A stretch of 64,000 nucleotides of DNA from Nitrospinales bacterium (GTDB taxonomy: Bacteria > Nitrospinota > Nitrospinia > Nitrospinales > VA-1), in the NCBI GenBank assembly GCA_965223345.1, contig CBDCWG010000012.1, forward strand, positions 1,216,001 through 1,280,000. The letters run 5' to 3'. The position numbers and the translations under genes are program-made. The notes under the pieces were generated by a model that was not told the DNA's origin, made no database searches, and saw nothing but the letters and a program-made list of their open reading frames with translations. Of this stretch, positions 29,116 to 39,418 are shown piece by piece. The stretch's first letter is position 1. Every line of letters starts with the position of its first letter.

Positions 29116-29877
29116 GTGGAAAATACCATCAATGATCAACCATTGAGTGTCGTGGACCTTGTGGTCCAGTCCACTCCGATGGCCAAGGCGGTGCTTTTAT
29201 TGCTCCTCATTTTTTCGATCGTTTCCTGGGCTATCATTCTGAGCAAGTTTTTCGTCTTCCGGTCCGCGCGCAAAGAGGACGACCGGTTTCTGGCCAATTT
29301 TTCCAAATCCGAAAATCTGACCCACATCTACAATTTTTCCCGCGAGCTGCGCTACAGCCCCATCGCCCGGGTTTTCCTGACCGGATACCGGGAATTGTTC
29401 CTGTTCCAGGACATGGCCAAAAAGGAACGGGACCGCCGGGGCGAGTCCCCCTCCGCCCACGGTGAACCCCTGACGGGCAAGGATATCAAGGGGATCGGCC
29501 TGGTGCTCAACAAGGCCATCAACCGGGAAGTGATGCGGCTTTCCAAGCGGCTGGATTTTCTCGCCACAACCGGCAGCACGACGCCGTTCATCGGGCTGTT
29601 CGGAACCGTCTGGGGCATCATGCACTCGTTCCGCTCCATCGGCCTGCAGGGCACCGCCAGCATCGGCGGCGTCGCGCCCGGCATCGCCGAAGCCCTGATC
29701 GCCACCGCGGCGGGACTCATCGCGGCCATTCCTGCTGTCATCTTCTACAACTACCTGAGCGATAAGATCCGGCTGTTCACCAGTATGATGGACGATTTTT
29801 CCCACGATTTCGTTTACATGGTGGAGAAAAATTTCATGCGGGAACCTGAAAGAGCAAAGACGTTCGACTTTTCCTGA
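29116..29877 (+). CDS. tolQ: TolQ
   Basis: LATTGSTTPFIGLFGTVWGIM, PGIAEALIATAAGL; tol operon context. Confidence 0.92.
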   Translation: MENTINDQPLSVVDLVVQSTPMAKAVLLLLLIFSIVSWAIILSKFFVFRSARKEDDRFLANFSKSENLTHIYNFSRELRYSPIARVFLTGYRELFLFQDMAKKERDRRGESPSAHGEPLTGKDIKGIGLVLNKAINREVMRLSKRLDFLATTGSTTPFIGLFGTVWGIMHSFRSIGLQGTASIGGVAPGIAEALIATAAGLIAAIPAVIFYNYLSDKIRLFTSMMDDFSHDFVYMVEKNFMREPERAKTFDFS

Positions 29878-29923
29878 TCCTTCAATATCCAAGGATCGTC
29901 ATCTTGTCTGAGAGAAAGGTTCG

Positions 29924-30325
29924 ATGTTAAATCGCCGGCGGCCCATGATGTCCGAAATCAACGTGACTCCCTTTGTGGATGTCATGCTCGTTCTGCTCGT
30001 CATTTTCATGATCACAGCACCTCTGATGCAGCATGGTGTGGATGTGCAACTGCCCAAGGAGAGCATCTCGCCCGTCGAAGTCAAGGACATCCCCACCGTT
30101 TCCCTGCAGAGCAATAAAAGGATATTCTGGAATCAGGATGAAGTGCCCAATCTTTTGGAGCTGACCCGCAACCTGGAAAAATATCTCACGAATAACAAGA
30201 TGGGGGATGTTTATCTCAATGCGGACAAGACTCTGGATTATGGATTCGTCATGGCGGTGATGGCGACAATGAAACGGGCGGGAGTCCAGAACATAGGAAT
30301 GGTGACCGACCCGACGGGCTCATGA
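29924..30325 (+). CDS. tolR: TolR
   Basis: [24 protein letters not shown]. Confidence 0.92.
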   Translation: MLNRRRPMMSEINVTPFVDVMLVLLVIFMITAPLMQHGVDVQLPKESISPVEVKDIPTVSLQSNKRIFWNQDEVPNLLELTRNLEKYLTNNKMGDVYLNADKTLDYGFVMAVMATMKRAGVQNIGMVTDPTGS

Positions 30326-31701
30326 GGTTTCAGTTTACAAGATCGTGGGATTTCAACCAGATGCTTGTGGCTTCTGTGTTCGCCCACTTCATGTTCATGA
30401 CTCTGGTTCTTTTCATCCCGCAAACCGTGAAGCGGGAGATCGTCGTCAAGCCTGCGTTGATGGTGCAATTGGTGGAGCGGCCCACGGGCCAGAAAAAAAA
30501 GCCGCCCAAAAAGACCCAGCGTCCGGCTCCCAAAAAACGGCAGGCGGTCAAAAAGCCCAAACCCAAACCGCCGCCACCCCCGCCCGAACCGAAAGCGGCG
30601 GAACCCAAATTTCAGCCTAAAGTGGTGACTCCGATTACCGAATCCCTGAAATTCGACCCGTTGCCCGAAGCGTCGAAACAGCCCGACGCGTCGCAGAAGA
30701 TCGTCAATCAGCTGGATCAACTGGAAGGCAAAAAGCCGCCTGGCCTGATCGAAGAGCTGGACCAGCTTGCCAAGCTGGAAGCGCAGAAGCCGAAAAAGAA
30801 AAAAAAGACGGCCGTCAAACCCGTTCCTCTGGACAAGAACGAGGTGCGGGAAGCCGACGTGGCGCAGCCGAAAAAACTCGACCCGCTCGAGAAAGCCACG
30901 CTGCCGGCTCCGGATCCTCTCGATGATTTTGATAAGCTGAAGATGCAGAGCGACGTGGAGCCGCCCAAGCCGGTGCCTCCGGAGGAAAAAGAGGAAGTGG
31001 AACAGGAGACGGTGTCCTCCCTGAAGGAACTCGAATTCGCTGCGCTGGAGCGGCCGTCTCTGGACTATGAGAAAAAAGAGACTGAAAAATCGGCGGCGGA
31101 TCTTTTGAAAGAGCTGAACGAGCTGGAAACGCTGCGTCCGCAAACCTCGCAACCGTCTCCAACTCAGGATCCGAATCCGCAGGCTTCCCTGGACACCAGT
31201 GGGGACACCGGCGATTTCGAACTGATCCTGAAAAAACTCGATTCGCTCGAGGTCGGCAAAAAGGAAGTGCAGATCGATGTGGCCAATCAGAAGACTTTGG
31301 CCATGGAGTTTGAGAGCGACATCTGGAAAGTGCAGGTGCCAGAGGCCGAAACCCTGCCCACGCCTTCGGTCGCGGAAGGCGGCTCCATCGCGTCGGAAGG
31401 GGAGCCGGACCCGGATATCCTGGCGCAGTACATCGGTCTGGTGCGGCAGAAGGTCTACAAAAAATGGTACGAGCCTTTAGGAAGGAAGTACGATAATAAA
31501 GAAGTGGTGGTGCTGATGACCATCTACACCAAAGGCAACATCGATCGTCCCACGATCAGCAGCAGTTCCGGGGTGGACATCCTCGACACCTTGGCCGTTC
31601 GGGCGGTCATGGAGGCCGAGCCTTTCCCGGAGTTTCCCGAAGAGTTGAAATACCCGAACCTAAAAATCACAATCCACTTTAAATATGTTCCGGAACAATG
31701 A
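30322..31701 (+). CDS. tolA: TolA / TonB-family energy transducer
   Basis: N-terminal TM with SVFAH motif, long Pro/Lys/Glu-rich linker, TonB_C-like C-terminus (SSGVDILD...AEPFPEFP); lies between tolR and tolB. Confidence 0.8.
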   Translation: MRFQFTRSWDFNQMLVASVFAHFMFMTLVLFIPQTVKREIVVKPALMVQLVERPTGQKKKPPKKTQRPAPKKRQAVKKPKPKPPPPPPEPKAAEPKFQPKVVTPITESLKFDPLPEASKQPDASQKIVNQLDQLEGKKPPGLIEELDQLAKLEAQKPKKKKKTAVKPVPLDKNEVREADVAQPKKLDPLEKATLPAPDPLDDFDKLKMQSDVEPPKPVPPEEKEEVEQETVSSLKELEFAALERPSLDYEKKETEKSAADLLKELNELETLRPQTSQPSPTQDPNPQASLDTSGDTGDFELILKKLDSLEVGKKEVQIDVANQKTLAMEFESDIWKVQVPEAETLPTPSVAEGGSIASEGEPDPDILAQYIGLVRQKVYKKWYEPLGRKYDNKEVVVLMTIYTKGNIDRPTISSSSGVDILDTLAVRAVMEAEPFPEFPEELKYPNLKITIHFKYVPEQ

Positions 31702-31705
31702 CCCT

Positions 31706-33040
31706 ATGATAAAAAAACTTTCGTTGGTGTTTTTGATTATCGTTTTGTGTTTTCCCGGTATGGCTGTTGCTGCGGATCCGAACATCCGTATCGATCTGGA
31801 GCGGGCGACCCGGCAGAAGGTCAACATTGCGGTGCCGAAGTTCATCCTGGAGCGGGATTACGAGGACAAGCTGGGGATCGGCAAAGAGGGGTGGAGCATC
31901 ATGGTGAACGATCTGAAGCTCTCCGAATTGTTCGTCGTTGTGGATCCTTCCTCCTACGACTCTCTGGAACGGGCCGAGCGGGCTAATCCCAAAGTTTCGT
32001 ATGCCAGCTGGAATCAGGTGGGTGCCCAGTGGCTGTTGCGCACCAATTATAAGGTCCACCCCTTCGACGAATCGTTCAATGTGACGTTCCGGTTGTACGA
32101 CACCGCGACCAAACGGTTCCTGCTGGGCAAACGCTACACCGCGACCAAGAAATTTTTGCGCAAGATCATCCACCGCTTTGCGGACGAAGTGGTCAACCAG
32201 CTGACCGGCCGGCGCGGGGTCGCGGAAACCAAGATCGCGTTTCTCTCGCAAGTGGGGGACAACAAGGAAGTGTTCACGGTCGATTTCGACGGGCACAACC
32301 TGAGAAAGATCACCAACGACAAGAGCATCATCCTGACGCCGGCGTGGTCGCCCGACGGGGGTTGGATCGTTTACACCTCCTATGCGGCGCGCAACCCGGA
32401 TCTGGTCATGATCGGCGCTTCGGGGAAAAAACGCAGGACGCTTTTGAAACTCCCGGGCCTGAACGCGGCGCCGGCCTGGTCGCCGAACGGCCAGCGGATC
32501 GCCATGGTGCTCAGCAAGGACCGCAATTCGGAAATCTACGTGCTGGAGAAAAATTTCGGGCTCAAGCGGCTGACCCGGCATTTCAACATCGACACCTCGC
32601 CGACCTGGTCTCCGAAAGGCGATAAGATCGCTTTCACGTCTGACCGCTCCGGCACGGGCGCGCCGCAGATCTACATGATGGACGTGAAAAACGGGGACCG
32701 CAGCGGTGTGAAGCGGATCTCGTTCGGCTCCAGCTACAACGACAATCCGGCCTGGTCGCCCAACGGGGACAAGATCGCCTACACCTCCAGGGTCGGACGC
32801 AAGTTCCAGATCAAAATCTACGACTTCAATACCCGCAAAAGCGAGCAGTTCACCACCGGGGCCGGAAGCTGCGAGCAGCCGGCCTGGTCCCCCGACGGCC
32901 GCTTCATCGTGTACCGGCGCCGGGAACAGGGGAAATTGAACGTTTTCATCAAGTCCATCCACGGAGGAAAGGAGCGTCAGCTGTCCTTCATGGAAGGGGG
33001 CGGGCACAGCCCGGCCTGGTCTCCCTACGCCAAACGCTGA
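31706..33040 (+). CDS. tolB: TolB beta-propeller protein
   Basis: Signal peptide, HRFADEV, repeated PAWSPDG blades. Confidence 0.95.
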   Translation: MIKKLSLVFLIIVLCFPGMAVAADPNIRIDLERATRQKVNIAVPKFILERDYEDKLGIGKEGWSIMVNDLKLSELFVVVDPSSYDSLERAERANPKVSYASWNQVGAQWLLRTNYKVHPFDESFNVTFRLYDTATKRFLLGKRYTATKKFLRKIIHRFADEVVNQLTGRRGVAETKIAFLSQVGDNKEVFTVDFDGHNLRKITNDKSIILTPAWSPDGGWIVYTSYAARNPDLVMIGASGKKRRTLLKLPGLNAAPAWSPNGQRIAMVLSKDRNSEIYVLEKNFGLKRLTRHFNIDTSPTWSPKGDKIAFTSDRSGTGAPQIYMMDVKNGDRSGVKRISFGSSYNDNPAWSPNGDKIAYTSRVGRKFQIKIYDFNTRKSEQFTTGAGSCEQPAWSPDGRFIVYRRREQGKLNVFIKSIHGGKERQLSFMEGGGHSPAWSPYAKR

Positions 33041-33041
33041 G

Positions 33042-33067
33042 TTTTTGCCCCCGTCCGGGCAAAAAAA
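33042..33067. terminator. Hairpin, possible intrinsic terminator after tolB
   Basis: TTTTTGCCC-6 nt-GGGCAAAAA inverted repeat. Confidence 0.45.
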
Positions 33068-33422
33068 GTTCTTTGACCATTTTTACATTTAATGTATATT
33101 TAAAGGGAGGCGTCGATCGCGAAAAGCCTTTGATTGTGAGGGCTTGGAATCCCGCTGCCGCTCTCCGGAACCGGCGGGGAATTGCTAAGATTTATAAAAT
33201 CAAATAGTTCAATGACGCCGAAAGTGAAAAAAAAGCTTAAATGGGGTCGATTGTTTGTTATAATTTGGGTATAATTTTGGATCGGTCTGTTTGGCCGTGA
33301 ATTCGAATAATGGGAATCAAATCTGTGATTTGTGGGCTGGCAGTTGGGAGACACAGCCCGATCACGAATACCAATAACCGGGGAATATTAATACAATGGG
33401 GACAACAACCACGAGGGTACAA

Positions 33423-34298
33423 ATGAGTTTAAAAAAGAAAGGATTCAGCCTGTTTTGTGTTTTATTGGCAATAGCGTTGATGGCGGGGTGCACGAAACAA
33501 CTCATGCCGCCCGAAATCGAAGCGACCGGCTCGGTTGCGGACAGCGAACTTGAAGAGGTTGCGGATTCTTCAGGCGCGGAGCAGGGTTTTGTCCCGGAAG
33601 ACGACTATCCGATCGGCGGCACGGCCGGCAACAACGATTTTGCTGCCGACCCCAATACCATGGCGGCGGACGAAACCGGCGGATTTGACGAGTCCGATTT
33701 TGTGCGGGAAGAAAGCCTGTCTGAGACCGGTGTGGCTGAAGACTCATCCGTCTTCTCGGACGCCGGCGACACGACCGGTTCCGACTCGATGGCCATGGGC
33801 AGCGACTCGGCAAGCGGTTCGTTCGCAGATGAGAACCCCTTCGCCAGCGGCACCGATTCTTCGCAGGACCAGTTTGCGAGCGAGGATGTGACGATGCGCG
33901 GATCCGACTCCATGATGGACGACAACGGCATTGACGAGGCGCGTCTGTATTCTTTCCGCCCGACTTCGGAGCTCAAGGACGTTCATTTCGAGTTCGACAA
34001 ATACGATCTGGACGACCGCTCCAAAAGCGTGCTGAAGCAGAACGCGGATTTTCTCAAGCAGCATCCCAACGTCAAAGTGGAGATCCAGGGCCATTGCGAT
34101 GAGCGCGGCACCAACAACTACAACCTGGCGCTCGGACAGCGGCGGGCCGATTCCACGAAACGCTATCTGGCGTCTCTCGGAATATCGGAAAACCGTTTGC
34201 ATGTGATAAGTTACGGAGAAGAAAAACCGTTTTGTCTGGAACGCAATGAAGGTTGCTGGTGGCGGAATCGGCGCGCCCACTTTATGGTTGCTGAGTAA
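33423..34298 (+). CDS. pal: Peptidoglycan-associated lipoprotein with a long acidic linker
   Basis: Lipobox LMAGC; OmpA-like domain HFEFDKY, GHCDERGTNNYNLALGQRRA, SYGEEKP, NRRAHF. Confidence 0.93.
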   Translation: MSLKKKGFSLFCVLLAIALMAGCTKQLMPPEIEATGSVADSELEEVADSSGAEQGFVPEDDYPIGGTAGNNDFAADPNTMAADETGGFDESDFVREESLSETGVAEDSSVFSDAGDTTGSDSMAMGSDSASGSFADENPFASGTDSSQDQFASEDVTMRGSDSMMDDNGIDEARLYSFRPTSELKDVHFEFDKYDLDDRSKSVLKQNADFLKQHPNVKVEIQGHCDERGTNNYNLALGQRRADSTKRYLASLGISENRLHVISYGEEKPFCLERNEGCWWRNRRAHFMVAE

Positions 34299-34468
34299 GC
34301 CGGCCCTCTGCTAGAATCTTTATCACAAACGATGCTTTCAGGATCTGATCGTAACGGAGTGTTCTCCGTTGCGATCAATCTTTTTGTTCTAGTTTTTTCA
34401 GAGGTTCCGTATCCCGGTTGGCACAACCGGGAATCTTTAATGATTCCAAATTTTTAGAGATCTTCCTC

Positions 34469-36376
34469 ATGAAAAACCATCGAAATGCACTCCTTGGGCT
34501 TATTTTCATGGGATTTCTTATCCTGCCTTCCTCCACCGTCTCCGCCGGTCTGTTCGACAACGACGAAGAAAACTGGCGGCGCATTTTCGGCGAAATCAAA
34601 AAAATCAACGCCCGGCTTGTGTCCCTGGAAATGGGCAAGCTGAAGGCTATTCAGGGCGTCGAGGAGGACCTCCTGCGGCAGGTTCAGGATATCAAAACCA
34701 TCCTTCCCGACCTGCAGGGCAGCGTGGAGCAGAGCCAGTCCGAACTGGCGGGCTTCGTGCAGTCCACCAACAAAAAACTGGATCAGATCGAAGCGCAGAT
34801 CCGCTCGGAGATCACCAAAAGCGTCGGCGCCAGGATGGCCAGTCTGGACAAGCAGCTGGCGGGCCTCAGCCAGCACCTGACCCAGCAGAAGGATGTCACC
34901 GAAAAATTCCAGACCAACATGGTCGGCCAGTTCGATGCGTTGAAGCAGTCCCTGGCCGGCGACATGGATAAATTCGCCAAGCTCAATCAACAGTATTTCC
35001 AGGATCTGTCCAAGTCCAACAGCGAATCTCTGGGCAAGGTCGTGGCGCAGCTCAAAACACAGAGCCAGACGCTCGACAAGGCCAACGAGATCTTCAAGAC
35101 CGAGCTGATTCCCGCCATCATCAAGCAGAACGAGAAAGCGCGCCAGGTGCTGCTGGCCGAAATCACCAAGGCCAACAAAGAGAATCAGAGCACGGTCCTG
35201 GCCGGGTTTGCGGAGATCAATCTGAAAAACCAGAAGATGGTGGAGATCCTCGAGAAAAGCCTGCGCGAAGATCAGGAAAGCCGCGATCAGATCGCCGTGA
35301 TCTTCAACAACATGGGGCAGACCAACGACAACGTCATGCGGGCGCATGAGAACATCGTCAAGTTGAAAGACAGCCTGATCGCCCAATTGGACAGCATTTC
35401 CCAGGTCATCGACACCCTGTCCAAGGTGCAGGGCAATCTGGTCACGGAGACCAGCACCGGTTCGCAGAAAATCGAACTGGTCAACAAAAACCTGATGGTC
35501 GCCGACGACAAGATCAACAAGCTGGCCGAGAGCCTCAAGGGCATGAACGCGCAGAGCGCGTCCTCGGCGGCGCTGCTGGCATCGATCCACGACAAGCTGG
35601 AGCAGATCAAAGGCGCCGGTGCGCAGGACAGCGAGAAGTTCAACAAGCTGATGGGCACCTCCTCGCAACTGTCCGCCCAGACCACCCAGATCAGCCAGTC
35701 GCTCGGCAATTTCGAACAGTCGCTTTCGACTCTGGAAGCCGGCCTTGGCAACGTCGATCTGGCGAACACCAAGCTCTCCAAGCTGATCGACATCCTGAAA
35801 TCCATGGCTTCCGAACAGGGCAAGCTGGTGCAGGTGCTGGCGAGCCAGGGTGAGATCAAGCAGTCCCAGGGACAGGTGCTGAAAGCCCAGGTGGAGCTGA
35901 ACAAGGTTCAGGTGCAGATGAGCAAGGCGCAGGCGGAGATGAGCAAGGCACAGGTGCAGATGAACGCGAACCAGTCCGGCGTGACGAAGCACCAGCAGGA
36001 AATCAAGAACACCCAGCTGGAAATGAACAAAATCCAGAGCGAAATCCGCAAGGCGCAGGCGGAAATGGTCAAGGCGCAGAGGGAAACCAAGCAGGCGCAG
36101 GCCGAATTGCGGCAGGCGCAGCTGGATATGAAACGCGCCCAGTCCCAGGTGTTGAAAACCCAGGCGGAGATCATTCGAACCCAGGATGAAATCGTCAAGG
36201 CGCAATCCGAAATCAAAAAGACCCAGCTTGCCAGCCAGAAAGCCGAGCTGGAAACCAAAAAAGTTCTGAGCGAACTCTCACGCAAGGCCAACGTCAACAT
36301 CTCGCGTAACGACGCCATTCGCAAAACCCTGGCCAGCCTGTCCAAAGGTCCGGCATCCGCAAAAGCCACGCCCTGA
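34469..36376 (+). CDS. Exported long coiled-coil protein in the cpoB/ybgF position
   Basis: Signal peptide, mature N-terminus GLFDNDEE, heptad-rich throughout, no TPR domain recognised. Confidence 0.8.
   Translation: MKNHRNALLGLIFMGFLILPSSTVSAGLFDNDEENWRRIFGEIKKINARLVSLEMGKLKAIQGVEEDLLRQVQDIKTILPDLQGSVEQSQSELAGFVQSTNKKLDQIEAQIRSEITKSVGARMASLDKQLAGLSQHLTQQKDVTEKFQTNMVGQFDALKQSLAGDMDKFAKLNQQYFQDLSKSNSESLGKVVAQLKTQSQTLDKANEIFKTELIPAIIKQNEKARQVLLAEITKANKENQSTVLAGFAEINLKNQKMVEILEKSLREDQESRDQIAVIFNNMGQTNDNVMRAHENIVKLKDSLIAQLDSISQVIDTLSKVQGNLVTETSTGSQKIELVNKNLMVADDKINKLAESLKGMNAQSASSAALLASIHDKLEQIKGAGAQDSEKFNKLMGTSSQLSAQTTQISQSLGNFEQSLSTLEAGLGNVDLANTKLSKLIDILKSMASEQGKLVQVLASQGEIKQSQGQVLKAQVELNKVQVQMSKAQAEMSKAQVQMNANQSGVTKHQQEIKNTQLEMNKIQSEIRKAQAEMVKAQRETKQAQAELRQAQLDMKRAQSQVLKTQAEIIRTQDEIVKAQSEIKKTQLASQKAELETKKVLSELSRKANVNISRNDAIRKTLASLSKGPASAKATP
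35846..36226 (+). repeat. Degenerate 21-bp (7-aa) tandem repeat with an invariant Gln, 18 units
   Basis: Q-GEIKQS-Q-GQVLKA-Q-VELNKV-Q-VQMSKA-Q-AEMSKA...Q-SEIKKT-Q. Confidence 0.85.
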
Positions 36377-36507
36377 AGCGGGCTGAGGCCGCACAGACCG
36401 CGTGCACACATTGCGTCCCATCACAGGCGCGTCCTGCATGGCAACGTCCCTTCCTGTTTGCAGCTCAAATTGCATTTTCCGTTTCGCTCTTTAAGGGCGA
36501 CGCCGGT

Positions 36508-36536
36508 TTGACCGATTCGGCGCCGGGCACTATAAT
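36508..36536 (+). promoter_or_regulatory. Sigma70 promoter of radA-ispD
   Basis: TTGACC-17-TATAAT. Confidence 0.65.
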
Positions 36537-36569
36537 GTGACCGGTTTTTTCCTCCCTCGTTCACGGTTT

Positions 36570-37952
36570 ATGGCCAAAACCCAATCCCAGTTCGTCTGTC
36601 AAAGCTGCGGGCATCGCGCGCCCAAATGGCTCGGAAAATGTCCGGAATGCGGCGAGTGGAACACGCTCGCCGAAGAGATCGTGAAAAGCCGTCCGGCGTC
36701 GCTCAACGCCCGTGCGGCTTCCGGCGGTTCTGTGGAACCTGCGGTGCAAAGCATCACCGAGATCGAGGGCCTGAACGCGTCGCGCAAAAGCACGGGCATC
36801 TCTGAGTTCGACCGGACGCTGGGAGGCGGCGTGGTGGATGGTTCGCTGGTGCTGCTCGGCGGCGATCCGGGAATCGGAAAATCCACGCTCATGCTGCAGG
36901 CGGCGGGCCGCATGGCGGCCGCGGGCCTGAAGGTGCTGTATGTTTCCGGCGAGGAGTCGCCGTCGCAGATCAAGCTGCGGGCGGAGCGATTGAACGCCCT
37001 GTCGCAGCACCTGCTCATCAGCCCCGAGATTTCCATCGAGGAAGTCCTGCGTCTGGTGGAAAAAGTCGATCCGGACGTTTTGATTCTGGATTCGATTCAG
37101 ACGTTTTTCTCGACGGAGCTGGCTTCCGCGCCGGGGAGCATCGGCCAGGTGCGGGAGGTGGCGTTCCGGATTTTTCAGGAAGTGAAAAAGCGCGCACTGC
37201 CGACGTTTCTGATCGGCCACATCACCAAGGAGGGGGCGCTGGCGGGCCCCAAAACCCTCGAGCATATCGTGGATACGGTGATATACTTCGAGGGCGATCG
37301 CGGCCACAGTTACCGGATTTTGCGGACGATCAAGAACCGTTTCGGCTCCACCCCGGAGATCGGGGTGTTCGAGATGTCCGCCGGGGGTTTGAATACGGTG
37401 GAAAACCCTTCGGAGATTTTTCTTTCCGAACGGCCCGCCGAATCTCCGGGATCGGTCATCGTTTCCAGTTTCGAGGGCAGCCGCACGCTGCTGGTGGAGG
37501 TGCAGGCGCTGGTGAGCACGTCCTCTTCCATTGGCATGCCGCGCCGCATGGCGACGGGACTGGATCCCAATCGCATGACGCTGTTGATCGCCATCATCGA
37601 AAAGCGGCTGGGGTTGCAGTTTCAGGGCGAGGACATTTTCGTCAACCTCGCGGGCGGGATCAAAGTTATCGAGCCCGCCATCGACATGGGCGTGGCATCG
37701 GCGATCGCCAGCAGTTTCAAGAATCAGGTGATCGACCGCAAAACCGTGATGATCGGAGAGATCGGGCTGACCGGGGAAGTCCGTTCGGTCATGCAGCTCG
37801 ATTCCAGGATCATGGAAGCCAAGCGGCTGGGGTTCACCCGCTGCATCGTGCCGCAATCGGCCCGCAAGGGCAAAACCCTGACAGGAACAAAAGACGCGCT
37901 GGAGATCCTATTCGTCAAGGATCTGCAGGAAGCGTTCGATCTTATTTTCTAA
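36570..37952 (+). CDS. radA: DNA repair protein RadA/Sms
   Basis: CQSC...CPEC, GDPGIGKST, KNRFG, GEIGLTGEVR. Confidence 0.97.
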   Translation: MAKTQSQFVCQSCGHRAPKWLGKCPECGEWNTLAEEIVKSRPASLNARAASGGSVEPAVQSITEIEGLNASRKSTGISEFDRTLGGGVVDGSLVLLGGDPGIGKSTLMLQAAGRMAAAGLKVLYVSGEESPSQIKLRAERLNALSQHLLISPEISIEEVLRLVEKVDPDVLILDSIQTFFSTELASAPGSIGQVREVAFRIFQEVKKRALPTFLIGHITKEGALAGPKTLEHIVDTVIYFEGDRGHSYRILRTIKNRFGSTPEIGVFEMSAGGLNTVENPSEIFLSERPAESPGSVIVSSFEGSRTLLVEVQALVSTSSSIGMPRRMATGLDPNRMTLLIAIIEKRLGLQFQGEDIFVNLAGGIKVIEPAIDMGVASAIASSFKNQVIDRKTVMIGEIGLTGEVRSVMQLDSRIMEAKRLGFTRCIVPQSARKGKTLTGTKDALEILFVKDLQEAFDLIF

Positions 37953-38004
37953 TCCGCATCGCACACCGCGGCATCCGGTCACCTGTTTGCCGCACTGAAA
38001 CCGT

Positions 38005-38691
38005 ATGAAAGTCGTTGCCATCATCCCCGCGGCGGGACAGGGCACCCGCATGGGAGCCGCCGTCCCGAAGCAGTTTCTCTCGCTGAACGGTAAGCCGCTG
38101 CTGTTTCACACGCTGCAGGCGTTTTCCAAAAGCGGCGCGGTCGATGGCGTGATTCTGGTGGTGCCCGAGGCGGAGTTGGCCGCTGCCGAAGCCACCTGGC
38201 CTGTGGAGTTCCCGATCGTGAAACGGGTGGTGGCTGGCGGAGCCCAGCGCCAGGACTCGGTGCGCAACGGGTTCGACGCCCTCGATGCGGACACCGATAT
38301 CGTGATGACGCACGACGGCGTGCGTCCTTTTGTCACAGGCGATCTCATTCGCGCGGTGGCGGAGGCGGCGGGCAAACACGGCGCCGCCCTGGCGGCGATC
38401 CCGGTCAGCGACACGCTCAAGCACGCGGACCCGGACGGTGTGGTCACGCGCACCGTGGACCGTGAAGGCGTGTGGCGCATACAAACGCCGCAGGCGTTTC
38501 GCTACGATACACTCAAGCAGGCTTACGACAAGGCGGAACGGGATCGCTACTACGGCACCGATGAAGGCGCGATCGTGGAGCATCTGGGGCAGCAGGTGCA
38601 CATCGTGCGCGGGTCGGAGTTGAACATCAAGATCACGCAGGCGGAGGATCTCATCCTGGCGGAAGCCATCCTGGCGCGGGAAAAAAGGTGA
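38005..38691 (+). CDS. ispD: 2-C-methyl-D-erythritol 4-phosphate cytidylyltransferase
   Basis: PAAGQGTRMG..PKQF, RQDSV, HDGVRPF, QTPQAF, NIKIT. Confidence 0.95.
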   Translation: MKVVAIIPAAGQGTRMGAAVPKQFLSLNGKPLLFHTLQAFSKSGAVDGVILVVPEAELAAAEATWPVEFPIVKRVVAGGAQRQDSVRNGFDALDADTDIVMTHDGVRPFVTGDLIRAVAEAAGKHGAALAAIPVSDTLKHADPDGVVTRTVDREGVWRIQTPQAFRYDTLKQAYDKAERDRYYGTDEGAIVEHLGQQVHIVRGSELNIKITQAEDLILAEAILAREKR

Positions 38692-38827
38692 GCGTTCCCG
38701 TCCCGCTGAACGACACCCGGCACCGCAACGAAACATCCCGAAAAAATATTTGCTTCCATTTTTCACCGGTGACATCTAATCGGTGAACCGCAATTCAATA
38801 AAAATCATAGCTATCTAAACAAGGAGG

Positions 38828-39271
38828 ATGCGCATGCTTGCGACCGGAACCCAGGCGCCAGATTTTTCCGTGAACGATCACAACGGCAACACCGTCCGTT
38901 TGAAGGATTTAAAGGGCAAGAAGGTGGTGCTGTGGTTTTATCCCAAGGCCGACACTCCGGGCTGCACGATGGAGGGGCAGGGGTTTCGCGACGATTATGA
39001 AAAATTCAAACAGAAAAACACGCTGGTTTACGGGGTGAGCCTGGACAATGAAGCGGACAACAAGGCGTTCGCGGAAAAGTATTCCTTCCCGTTTCCGCTG
39101 CTTTGCGATGTCAACCGCGAGCTGTCCCTGGCCTACCACGCGGTGGCGGGCTCCGACGACGGCTACGCCTCCCGCATTTCCTATGTGATCGACGAGCAGG
39201 GAAAAATAGCCGAAGCGATTGAAAAGGTGGACACGAAAACCCATTCCTCCGATCTGTGCTCGCGTCTGTGA
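38828..39271 (+). CDS. bcp: Peroxiredoxin, BCP/PrxQ type
   Basis: WFYPKADTPGCT; AAGGAGG RBS (start may be 38834). Confidence 0.9.
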   Translation: MRMLATGTQAPDFSVNDHNGNTVRLKDLKGKKVVLWFYPKADTPGCTMEGQGFRDDYEKFKQKNTLVYGVSLDNEADNKAFAEKYSFPFPLLCDVNRELSLAYHAVAGSDDGYASRISYVIDEQGKIAEAIEKVDTKTHSSDLCSRL

Positions 39272-39418
39272 GCGGCGCGGATTGTCCGCAACGGCCCGGT
39301 ACGCTATTCCGATAGAAGCGGCAAACCGCCGCTTCCGGTGCTCACCGCACGCGGCTTGATTCTTGCGGATCGAAACTATAGTATGAGGGCTTAATCCAAA
39401 ATTCCCGGAGAATAGTAG

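Noticed and set aside
34454..36205. 583-aa minus-strand ORF with Leu/His periodicity
   Set aside because: The periodicity simply mirrors the heptad codons on the coding strand.
35846..36226. Possible CRISPR array or VNTR
   Set aside because: Units are degenerate 21-bp in-frame coding heptads with no repeat-spacer structure.
38828..39271. Possible selenocysteine in the peroxiredoxin
   Set aside because: The active-site codon is TGC and there is no in-frame TGA.
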